A DNA stretch of 64,000 nucleotides from a virus. The notes beneath the pieces are model-generated. The model saw only the letters and a program-made list of their open reading frames with translations, had not been told where the DNA came from and searched no databases. Shown here one piece after another: positions 24,532-34,300 of the stretch. The DNA lies in the IMG/VR virus record IMGVR_UViG_3300028388_003908, positions 1 to 64,000 of that record, one strand, 5' to 3'. The position numbers and the translations under genes are program-made. Numbering within the stretch: the stretch's first letter is position 1; the number at the start of each line of letters is the position of its first letter.

Positions 24532-24810
24532 ATGAGAAAAACTGCAAGCGAAGTAATCAGAAATCTTGAGATGCGCGTAGCGCGTATGGAGCGCTCAAGT
24601 AGCGCAGACAAGAAGCTCGTTAAGCTGAAATCTTTAGCTCCTAAAGCTATCGCAAATTGGGAGTATGATCCTAAGGACCGGGTGTGGATCGTCACACTGA
24701 TGAGCCCTTATGTTGATTTCCCTCAAAAGGCGATTCAGTTTATGGGTAGAAACTTCAAGAGCGTGTCTTTCAACGGGAGATCCGGAGAGATGTATCTAGA
24801 GCTGCCCTAA
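24532..24810 (+). CDS. MRRTASE-leader cassette protein 3
   Basis: MRKTASEVIRNLEMRVARMER. The 17-mer GAGATGCGCGTAGCGCG is identical in members 1 and 2. Confidence 0.85.
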   Translation: MRKTASEVIRNLEMRVARMERSSSADKKLVKLKSLAPKAIANWEYDPKDRVWIVTLMSPYVDFPQKAIQFMGRNFKSVSFNGRSGEMYLELP

Positions 24811-24886
24811 TCTCGATCTACAGCGCGTCATTTAAGCGCAGGATACTATAAGATCTTTACACCGCTTCACATACGAAAGGTCTGAT

Positions 24887-25273
24887 ATGAAGCCTCGTAA
24901 AGGTTTAAGTTTCTTCTTGAAAACCGAGACACAGCCAGAGCAGGTTGCCTTCTGTGTCGTACTCAGCGCTAAGAGCGATGAAGATGGCGAGTATAAGATT
25001 GTACGCACCCACTTCACAGATAACAAAGGCACAGCCCTCAATCTGCCTCTTTCTGAGATGGGTTTTTATCACTTTGAAGAAGACGTAGATGATGGGTTGA
25101 TCGCAGAGGAATGGGACACTGAAGCAGTGCGCTCTCTCACTCGTAAATCAATCGTCCCGCCTCGCCCGTCAACAAGTAAGAATAATGTCACCCGATCAGA
25201 GCCTCGCCCTGAGATTGTTGAAGCTCAGGACGAGGATCTTGAGATGGACGAAGCGCTAGAGGACGTTATTTAA
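24887..25273 (+). CDS. hypothetical protein with acidic tail
   Basis: 128 aa with promoter motif 24844 and a GAAAGG SD. Confidence 0.7.
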   Translation: MKPRKGLSFFLKTETQPEQVAFCVVLSAKSDEDGEYKIVRTHFTDNKGTALNLPLSEMGFYHFEEDVDDGLIAEEWDTEAVRSLTRKSIVPPRPSTSKNNVTRSEPRPEIVEAQDEDLEMDEALEDVI

Positions 25274-28200
25274 GCGCGTAAACGTCTGCTCTTTTGAAGC
25301 AGGCTCTACGCTCTCAGTAGGGAGCGCGCCTCTGACCTTTGTTAAAGGTCTTCCCTTAATACGATAGCGATCAGAGGCGCTGTATCCTTCCCCGTAGCCT
25401 GAGGGAGAGATTGATCCTCCTAGTCTCAAGAGACCATCTGCGTCTCTATAGACGGCTGCCGTCAGGATTAGAACCTGTATCTCTCCGCCGTTTGATTTGA
25501 CAGCTAAATCCTGTCCTTCAAAGGCGGTCTCCTCTGTGTTTCTCACTAAGAGAGCACGACAAGCGAGCGCGCCTCCCTTGAGCACAGGATGTAGAGATTC
25601 AGGGATACTATCGACAACCCACGTCACAGGACCTCCCGGTACTGCGCCCGAGACACCGAACACTGAACCACCTCCTCTTGAGACGCGATAACGTCTAGTG
25701 CCTTGAGGATTTGTAGTTGAGTAAGGCGTGTAAGCGTAAAGCACACCATCAACCATCTCTAAGATTTCTCCAGAAGCTCCTGTCACCTTGGTGTAAGGCA
25801 GACCGCTAGGGGATGTAGGGACGCGCTCTGTCTCAGGCGAATCAATCTGTCCTCTACTGCTTGAGAGATAAGAGGATTGATTGTTAAGAGGGTCTTCGCA
25901 GAGGAAATCGAAATCGTTGACCAAGAGACCGATAGGCAATCTCGACACCGCACCGACAAGCGAAGGAGGAATAAATCCATTACCCGCGTTGTTAGGCACT
26001 GAGATGCCACCTGTCATGTAGACGGAAGATCGAGAGTTAGGGGTCGTCTCAAAAGGTACAAAACCTGAAATCTTGCCAGAGTGTAAACGCACTAGTTTCT
26101 CTACATGAGGATAGACGTTACCGCCAGCGTCTTCCCAAGAAATCGTGACCTTAAACCTATCAGGATTAGAGCCGAGCAGACGAGACGAGATGTAAATAAA
26201 CGCTCTGTCTGCGTCTCTGAGTAAATCGACCTGATAGTTCTTGTCGTTCATGTCTGCGACAAAAGATTCCATGTTCGCTGAGAAGGACCCGCTATTGTAA
26301 GTAGTGCTGTCCATCTCATGGATAATCTCTGTAGAGAGCAGGGTGTCCTCAATCTTAACGTGAAGGATTGCGTTCGCGCCTTGAGTATTCGCAGTTGCAC
26401 CCGACAGCTTGTCGAACATAGCCTCCGGTATAATCAGCGTAGCGCTATCTGATACGGAAGGATGCTCATAAGGGGCGGTAAATGCGGAGGGGTGTGTCTC
26501 TGCATACTTGCCCGTAGAAAGCGCCTCTCTCGCTACGTTCTGATTGTTGTTGCGGTTGATGAACCCTACGTCTAAGAGCGTAGATGGTCTGATCTGCCCG
26601 CCTATAGCTCCCGAGCCTAACGTGGTGTAAAAATCCATAGACGCTAGAATCTGTAAACGTCTAGGATTAGGCATATCAAGAGCGCTTGAGCCATCCGCTT
26701 CTCGCATGGTTCTTATCTGCGTGAAGTTATAAGAGAGCGTAGGGCTAAGCTGACCAAGACGAGCAGGTACATCCGCATACTGAGGGGCAGCCCCATCTCT
26801 AGTGTGATAAGGATCGCCTTGATATACGGTGCGCTTGTAAGACGCTACAACCTCTGAACCATAAGGTAGCGCGCTCGGAAAGATCATCTCAGCATTTAAG
26901 AGATGATCATTAGGCGCTAGATCATCTGTAATCAAAACAGAAGCGGGCGCGTCATTTAGAGCAACGCCTAATCCGTCATAACGTCTAGTCAAGATCAGAT
27001 TATTGCTTGAGATAAATCCTTGAGCAAATCCAAAGACCGTACATTCGACCACATAATCATAATCCCCAAAGACCTCACCACCTGCGTAACCTGGAATCTT
27101 AGTGAGATCAAGCGCGTTCTCGGTCAGTACATAAGTATGTGACCCGCTAATGCTCGTCTCATCTTGAGCCCCATTCTCTCGAATATAAAGCGTAAAGGCA
27201 TGGGCGTCTGTCTTGAGCAGATTTGTAGGGCCATTCTGTAGAGGCGTAATCCTGTCTGCCTCGTGAGCGCCTCGATTACCATTAGCTACATTAGCGCTGA
27301 AATCGCTCGCCTCGTAGACTCCATAGACTCTAGCAAAACCAATAAATGGAGGAAGCTCAATACCGCCTACGTCATAAGGATAATCTGAGTAGAATTCTAG
27401 CTCGGATGAAATGGTCGTCTTACGCGCAACATAGCCTTCTTGATTAGCAAATTCTGCGCTTGAGACGTACTGACCGTAGTCACCTAAGGTAGTGCTTGTC
27501 CCAAACAGCGCAGGATAGACGCCAGCTGCCCCGTTGTTGTTCTCTCCTCCGATGATATTAAAGATCTCATCGGTGTTCGAGGTCGTATCAAGGAAGATGT
27601 GATTAATGCCTTCTAAGATAGAATCTGACGTGTTCTCTCTCACATGATAAGGAACGTCTTGTCGACCAAAGCTCGGCATCGCCTCGATAGGTAGCGCATA
27701 AACAGCAGACCTAGACGCGGTGAAATATGAGCCTCCATCTGTGAGCGTCACCCCGTCCGTGTATGTGGAAGGAGTAGCGCTCCCCATCACTTCTGTGCTG
27801 GTCACGCTGTTGTAAGACGACACAAATCCTGTGCTCTCAAGACTCATGGTGTGTCTTCTGAGAGGTCTTAAAACAAGCGTCTTTGAACCTGTGTCAAAAT
27901 AACAATCCGTCTCTCTAGGATGCTCTGAAACTAAAACGAATTCTCTACTTGTAGACGCTAAATTACGGAACTCATATCCTTCATTATAGAGAGAAGGTAA
28001 TGTCGTGACGTGATGATTTGTAGGCATTACAAGCGCGTTAGAGAGCGCGAGAGATGTGGGATCTACGTCTAGCGTGTAGGGCTTGTTTTTCGCGTAACCT
28101 GAGCCTGTGTTCAACACCTCTACACGATTAAATGAATCAGGCGTTCGCGCTGTCGCGCCTTGACCTGCGGGCCATTGTATCGCGCAAGAGAGCAAGCCAT

Positions 28201-30625
28201 AATCAGAGCTTGCAGAGAGATCAGAAGCGGTAAGCACAATCACCGCTTGCTCGTCATTAGAGCGCAGATGCTGTAATCGGATAGACGCGGTGATGTTGGT
28301 AGCGCCTGTGACCCCAAGACTAAACGGTGTCGCAGGTCCTATTCTCTCTAGATATGCCCATGTAGTACCACCCCCTGCGGTCGTGATCTGCTCGCTCCAA
28401 GGGGTGAGATTACCTAGTCCTACAATCTTAAAGACCCCGTTAATCGTGGGCCCGTTGTTCACATCGGGATCCCCGTAAATATGCAGATAAAGCTCTGAGG
28501 ACGCGCCCGTTAAATCTGTGTCATTAGCGGTCAGTAGATTATAGAGCGTAGGGGTCTCAAACGTGTTGCGTAGAGATTCGATGAGATCGGATCCTGTTAC
28601 ATCGAAATCTACATTAAGATTAACAGCTAGCACCGTGGTGCTTACCGTGGTTGCGTCGGAGGTGTCATACGAGTAAGCGATATTCTTCATGTCTAGTGTG
28701 GTAGAGGTAAGACCTGTTCTCGTCAGAATCGAATCACCTAACACCACAAAATCGGGACCTGTCGTCTCGTCATATCCTTCTACCTCTTGATTGAGATAGA
28801 GATTAGATCTGTGAAGACCTGCTGGCGTGTAGCTCTGCGATCCTCTTCTCTGACGAACCCCGCCAAACAAGCGTAGCTTGAAGGGATCCTTATCGCCTAG
28901 CTTTCTTGTCAGCTCTCTTGGATGCACGAATCGAACCAAGCTCTGCGCTGTAGTGTTGAGACCTCTGCGCGCTCCTGTGAGACCTGATTGACCACCGATC
29001 TTAAGACTAATGGTCGTACCTCTTCTCAGCACTCGGTCGCTATACATCCATCCTGTAGGATAGAAATCTGGAGCAGACGACCATTGATTGGCGATGTTCG
29101 CGTTAAAGGCTGCGGTTGTGTATCCGTCACCATTAATCGCTACATTAGCGAAATCGAGCATCAAGGTTAGATTGCTCTGATAGACGGAAGCGTCTGACCA
29201 AATCTGTCGTATTCCATTAGGGGCGTCCATTTGACTTGTGTGTGTATAAGACGTGTCGCTTAATACAGACACCTCCTCAACCACAATACCCTTAGAATCC
29301 GAACCATTAGCAGAAGTCTTGAAAGCGGTCTTTAGTTCGCCTTTGAGCACGTCTAGCACAGCGCTCTCTAGTAAGCGTCCGTAATCGCTCTCTTGTGAGG
29401 CTACCGCGTGTCGTAGATCAATCACATCTTGAGACGCGATCTGATCGGAATAAAGTCCATCATAGCGCTCGTTATAGAGGGTGACGAGCGCGCCGGCTAC
29501 ATGACTCTTAGCCTCTGTACCTGCCCTGCCTCTGCTCACAATCGTGATTGTACCTGTGCCTGTGTCGCTACCTGAGATCTCAACAACCTCTCTATGGTCG
29601 CCAGTACCGATCACAGCAAAGCGATTAGAAGCATAGAGTGCTTGATCATCTAAACCTGAGCCTAAAAGATTCGTGATCGAGATCGCTCCTGTAGCGCTTG
29701 ATGTGAGCGCGCCCGCTAAAGAACCTTGCGTTAAGATAATCGCGTCATCTGTAGTAGATGATGATGGGGTGCGATTAGGGGCTCCATTATGTTCAGGAGT
29801 ACCACCTGCTGACACAGAGACATAGGTCGATGAATTGCGTCTAAAGACAGCGCACATCGGGATAGCGTACACATATCCATCAACGGTGCCGAGATCGTTT
29901 GTAGGATCACCATCCCCTGCTCTCCAAAGACCTTGATCACCTTCAGCGCTCATGTTTGAGAAGGTGAATCCATTAACAGGACTAGCGCTTGTGCCTCTAG
30001 CTAAGACAGCGGTTGAATCCATGCCTTCAGGATAGCGTCCTAGATCAATACCTGAGACTACTCGGATACGATGCTGTACCTGCACACGTCTTGTAGTCTC
30101 AAAGCCCACAGAGCCATCAATCATATCGTCTGAAGGATTGCTTACTCCTCCATAGAGCGTGTTACCATAGCGATAAACCGTGCTATCTGAGGGTTTATTA
30201 GCGGTGGAAGGGCTCGCTTCTAAGAGCACCCTAAAGACCTCTAAAAAGACAAAATCCGTGCGGGCGTTAGATGTGGGAGGAGGAGGTAGCTTAATCGCAT
30301 TACCTACTCCGTTTTTATTTGAGCCCGAGAGAGGAATCACCCAACCGTTCACCACGGCCGTGAGTAATCCGTTCTCGCCCATCTCAAAGTAATTTGAGCC
30401 TAAATCCTGAAACGTGAAATCTTTATCCGCCAATGTCGGGTCGATAAGAAATCCGGAAGGATATTGCTCTTTGATCTGCTCAGAGATCGCTTCCCATCCG
30501 ATCTGACCTACAAGGTTAAGCTCGCTATCTAGCGGAGGCTTGCCTTGTTGCCAGACGACATTGGAAAAGCTACGCTCAAGCGCGCTCAGTGTCCTTGAGA
30601 CACCATCACCTAATTGCTCTGCCAT
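25256..30625 (-). CDS. large virion (baseplate/tail-associated) protein
   Basis: 1789 aa, S/T/G-rich. N-terminal VVWQQGKPPLDSELN block is paralogous to 35599..38922. Lies in the baseplate operon. Confidence 0.8.
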   Translation of the reverse strand: MAEQLGDGVSRTLSALERSFSNVVWQQGKPPLDSELNLVGQIGWEAISEQIKEQYPSGFLIDPTLADKDFTFQDLGSNYFEMGENGLLTAVVNGWVIPLSGSNKNGVGNAIKLPPPPTSNARTDFVFLEVFRVLLEASPSTANKPSDSTVYRYGNTLYGGVSNPSDDMIDGSVGFETTRRVQVQHRIRVVSGIDLGRYPEGMDSTAVLARGTSASPVNGFTFSNMSAEGDQGLWRAGDGDPTNDLGTVDGYVYAIPMCAVFRRNSSTYVSVSAGGTPEHNGAPNRTPSSSTTDDAIILTQGSLAGALTSSATGAISITNLLGSGLDDQALYASNRFAVIGTGDHREVVEISGSDTGTGTITIVSRGRAGTEAKSHVAGALVTLYNERYDGLYSDQIASQDVIDLRHAVASQESDYGRLLESAVLDVLKGELKTAFKTSANGSDSKGIVVEEVSVLSDTSYTHTSQMDAPNGIRQIWSDASVYQSNLTLMLDFANVAINGDGYTTAAFNANIANQWSSAPDFYPTGWMYSDRVLRRGTTISLKIGGQSGLTGARRGLNTTAQSLVRFVHPRELTRKLGDKDPFKLRLFGGVRQRRGSQSYTPAGLHRSNLYLNQEVEGYDETTGPDFVVLGDSILTRTGLTSTTLDMKNIAYSYDTSDATTVSTTVLAVNLNVDFDVTGSDLIESLRNTFETPTLYNLLTANDTDLTGASSELYLHIYGDPDVNNGPTINGVFKIVGLGNLTPWSEQITTAGGGTTWAYLERIGPATPFSLGVTGATNITASIRLQHLRSNDEQAVIVLTASDLSASSDYGLLSCAIQWPAGQGATARTPDSFNRVEVLNTGSGYAKNKPYTLDVDPTSLALSNALVMPTNHHVTTLPSLYNEGYEFRNLASTSREFVLVSEHPRETDCYFDTGSKTLVLRPLRRHTMSLESTGFVSSYNSVTSTEVMGSATPSTYTDGVTLTDGGSYFTASRSAVYALPIEAMPSFGRQDVPYHVRENTSDSILEGINHIFLDTTSNTDEIFNIIGGENNNGAAGVYPALFGTSTTLGDYGQYVSSAEFANQEGYVARKTTISSELEFYSDYPYDVGGIELPPFIGFARVYGVYEASDFSANVANGNRGAHEADRITPLQNGPTNLLKTDAHAFTLYIRENGAQDETSISGSHTYVLTENALDLTKIPGYAGGEVFGDYDYVVECTVFGFAQGFISSNNLILTRRYDGLGVALNDAPASVLITDDLAPNDHLLNAEMIFPSALPYGSEVVASYKRTVYQGDPYHTRDGAAPQYADVPARLGQLSPTLSYNFTQIRTMREADGSSALDMPNPRRLQILASMDFYTTLGSGAIGGQIRPSTLLDVGFINRNNNQNVAREALSTGKYAETHPSAFTAPYEHPSVSDSATLIIPEAMFDKLSGATANTQGANAILHVKIEDTLLSTEIIHEMDSTTYNSGSFSANMESFVADMNDKNYQVDLLRDADRAFIYISSRLLGSNPDRFKVTISWEDAGGNVYPHVEKLVRLHSGKISGFVPFETTPNSRSSVYMTGGISVPNNAGNGFIPPSLVGAVSRLPIGLLVNDFDFLCEDPLNNQSSYLSSSRGQIDSPETERVPTSPSGLPYTKVTGASGEILEMVDGVLYAYTPYSTTNPQGTRRYRVSRGGGSVFGVSGAVPGGPVTWVVDSIPESLHPVLKGGALACRALLVRNTEETAFEGQDLAVKSNGGEIQVLILTAAVYRDADGLLRLGGSISPSGYGEGYSASDRYRIKGRPLTKVRGALPTESVEPASKEQTFTRLNNVL

Positions 30626-30636
30626 CTTAAATCTCC

Positions 30637-31377
30637 TCAGTACATAATACCATAAGCGAGTATATAAACATCCTGTGAACCGTCATTACGGAAGGCTAAT
30701 CTCACCATCGTCTCGGGAGCAAGGAATGAGTGCGGGTTCAGGTTTGTTAGCTCGCTATATGAGCCTCCGTTATCTGATGAGATATAGACTTTTAACAAGG
30801 TAGGATCTGCGTCTGTATAGACGAGTCTTGAAGGCTCATTAACGTCTTCTCTCAACCCTTGAATCGGGCTCTTGTCGTAAGTAAAGGTCTTAGTCACAGC
30901 GCGCCACCACACCATCACATTCTGAGACCCTGCCCCTCCTGTAAGCGCCCCTAAATCAATCTCTTCTGTGATCATCATGCCAGGGTCACTATATCCTGTA
31001 GGGTCGAGCGCGTTGGGTGCAGATTCGTTAAGAGCGCAAACGCCGGTGATGTTTGGCGTGTCTCCCTTGATCATTCTCGGACTGATCGCACCCGAAGAAT
31101 CCGGAAACAAAGCGGTGCTGTCCGATATGTCGTCTGCGCTCTCTAAAAGAGGATTGTAAATGACCCCATTGTAGCCCGCATAAACCGAGATAAACGCGCT
31201 CTCAATCCTAGAGATCACGCTTCCTATGTCTCTAGGGAAGACGTAATCCCCGCTCTGTAAAGGGATAATCCCGAGCGTTGATGGTGTGCTCAACTCATAT
31301 CTACCCTTCATGTCTGAGGGCGTGAACGGCCCGCTCTCTATGATCTTATTACTTGATCTCTCTACGATTATTGACAT
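30637..31377 (-). CDS. virion structural protein
   Basis: 246 aa within the baseplate operon, with a VYISSDNGGSY BNR-like turn. Confidence 0.7.
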   Translation of the reverse strand: MSIIVERSSNKIIESGPFTPSDMKGRYELSTPSTLGIIPLQSGDYVFPRDIGSVISRIESAFISVYAGYNGVIYNPLLESADDISDSTALFPDSSGAISPRMIKGDTPNITGVCALNESAPNALDPTGYSDPGMMITEEIDLGALTGGAGSQNVMVWWRAVTKTFTYDKSPIQGLREDVNEPSRLVYTDADPTLLKVYISSDNGGSYSELTNLNPHSFLAPETMVRLAFRNDGSQDVYILAYGIMY

Positions 31378-31388
31378 TGATTCGCTCC

Positions 31389-34300
31389 TTAAAGCGCAGC
31401 CTCAAGACCGGTATATTCTGAGATAGAGACGACCTCGTCCCCGTCATAGTTGAGTCCTGTAGACTCGCGCAGAATCTCAATCCCGATGAGACCTTTTCTT
31501 AGTAGGTAAGGCTGATTAGGATCGAATGAACTCATCTTACATGAGCTATAGTCAAAGGTGTTCGCTACGTTGGCTTTGACGAGAATAGGATAATTAGAGC
31601 CATAAGCCTCGACCACATAAGAGCCTAGGCTTACTCGGATATCCACACACACCACAGCCTCCTTGACCATTACCTTGTTCTCATAAGACAACATACAGCC
31701 AGGATAAGTGACAAAACCCGTTGTGCCTCCTCCAGCCTTAGCTGGCTCGTCAGGTCGTGCTACATTAAGCCAAGCGGTTTTTGTAGGATTCTGTATCAGT
31801 ACAGAGAAAGGCTGAGCGTTGTCTGCGCTCATTGGTATTGAGGTGTTGTTCTCAGAAGATGTGAGATCCGGATTTAGATCCTCGTATCGAATACCGATGA
31901 GACGTATCGTGAACTCGTTAGTGACCTCTTCATTGTAGCCAAAGCTCACGTCAAACATTCTCATGTAAGAATAGAGATCCCCCGCCTGCGCTATCGGATA
32001 GACGTTCGTGTTACCTGCGCTGAAATCAGGTTGCGTCACCGAATCCCCTGCGTTAGCGCTCGGGCGATAATCAGTATCATAGGCTTCCTCAGGTACGAGC
32101 AATTGACCTCTAGAGAGTGACGCATACGCGCTTGTGCCGTTCGCGTTATAAAGGAACGGCATTGGTCCTACTTGAGCCTCGGGCTGACCTGATAAGAACG
32201 TGACCGCTACGAGATTATATCCGTTTCTCACCCATCCCGATCCGCGATGATTGGGTGTCTGTATGTCTACAGGATTAAAATCGTTGTAGTAGTAATAGCT
32301 GTCTCTGACCGTAAACGTGAAATCGAGCGCCCCTGTCCACGTTTGAATCTCCCCTGCTTGCTCTAAGACGTTACCGTAAGCGAGCAAATCAGAGAGCGCG
32401 ACCGTGTTCCCTTGATCGGATGTCACGTTCTCAGAGAAGCCTGCAAAAGCGCAGGATATACGATACATCTCATCAAGGAATCTCTCAGAGGTGTCCTTCC
32501 TAGCATCAAAACCACCTTGGTAAGGAATCAGATAGTTTGATGGGTTTCCGTAAATCGAGATCGCACCTGAATCCGTCTGATAGAAGTTACCGTAGTGACT
32601 CATCTCATCTGCTTCGGTGTCGTAAACCTCTAGCGCGTAGAACGTGTTGTTGTGGTCAATCCTAGTCTGCCATGTGCTGGTGTCTAGATACTCCACATCC
32701 GTGTAGACACCGCTAAAGTCCGTCTTGAAATCCATGCCATAATCGACCGTCACACCAAAGTTCGCGTTCGTGTCTCCTACCACGTTAAAGAGACCTTGAA
32801 CGTCTCCATCTACCATGACCGAGAAGTCACCTACGCTAATCTGTGCTCTGTTCACAAACGCAAAGAAATAAGAATCAAAAGCAGGATAAGACGCGCTATA
32901 TCCTAGACCCCCTGCAACGTGAACCTTGTAGTCATAGTTGAGTACCGCATCAAACGTGATCGCTACAGCCCCACCCGAATAACCGTTGTTATCTACAGGA
33001 CGATAAATCGGGATATCGCTTGAGTAAGTACCTCCGTAAGGATTTGCCTCTCCTGAGCATAGCTCAAATACTGCACCGTTAATCGTGAGCGTCTGCACGA
33101 CAGAGTAAGCTCCCCCACCATCTAGACGATAGATGAAGAACGCGAGCGCGTCCTTATTAAGGGCGTTGAACTCTGGTACAAGATTTATCGTGTCTATCGT
33201 GCAATCCTGTAAGAGAGATTTCATCCGAGCGCTGTGATACAGCAGAGGGTTACCGTAAGGATTTCCGCTGAAGGCTCCGCCGTCTACATAAGATGTATCT
33301 TGCAGAAGCTCGATGCCCAAACCTTCTTCATGCTTTGCCGGATTGAATAGGGCCGTGGTTAATCGGAAATCGCTCATAAAGACAGGAGGGCGCTCTGTCT
33401 CTAGTCCACCATCACCTAGAGGATAAACGCCCCTAAAACCGATCACAACGGGTGTGCTGTATACATCGTCTCTATCGGTCGCGTTGGAAAATAGTGTGTA
33501 CTCTAGATCAAGCGCGCCCTCTCTTAAACGCTCGCTTGTGAAATCGCTGTCAAGAAAAAAGGCAGGTTCGTTTGGAGCGCTCTCGCCTACAAACTGAATC
33601 GCCTTACCTGAGGTCAGATTGTTAAAGAGCAAGCGACCATAAGGTAGGGTCTGATAGGTGTAATTAGGGTCGTCCGTAAGCTCGGGTCGAGTGCTCGCTT
33701 CTGTGCTGTAAGTATAGAACGGGTGGCGCCAGTTTAGCGTGTGTCCAAGTCCGTTTGTAGCAGTAGAAGATTCCTCTGCGCGTAGAGACATACCGAGCGC
33801 GAGAGTGGCGATCTCTTCAGATCCTTCCTTGTTCTCCCCGTACACAAAACCATTAGTGTGGAAGTAGCCTTGCGTTCTCGGCAAGATAAAATGCACACCC
33901 GAGATGGTTGTAAATCTTACGTCCTCATTTGAGATCGAGGTGATATAGTTGTAGGTCTTGGTGAGACTGAATCCATATTTAGATGAAGCTGTCACGACCT
34001 GTGCGTTTTGTACCGTAGAGCCTTGCACACCCGTCACAATAAGACGCTCTAAAGCGCTGGAGATTCCGTATTCATTTAGAGCGCTTCCTGTCACAAGAGA
34101 GGTCGTATTGTCTGCCCCATCATACGGGATACCGACCGCGTTGACGCTCCATAAATCGTCTGCGCTCGGGATCTCTGCGTCTCTCACTAAGCGCTCAAAA
34201 GCCTCTTCCGTCTTGAAATGTACGAGCACAAAAGAGCCCAAGGAGTAATTTTGCTCATTAAAAGTAGCTGAGCTTGCAGACGCTTCAAGTCCCGCTTTTA

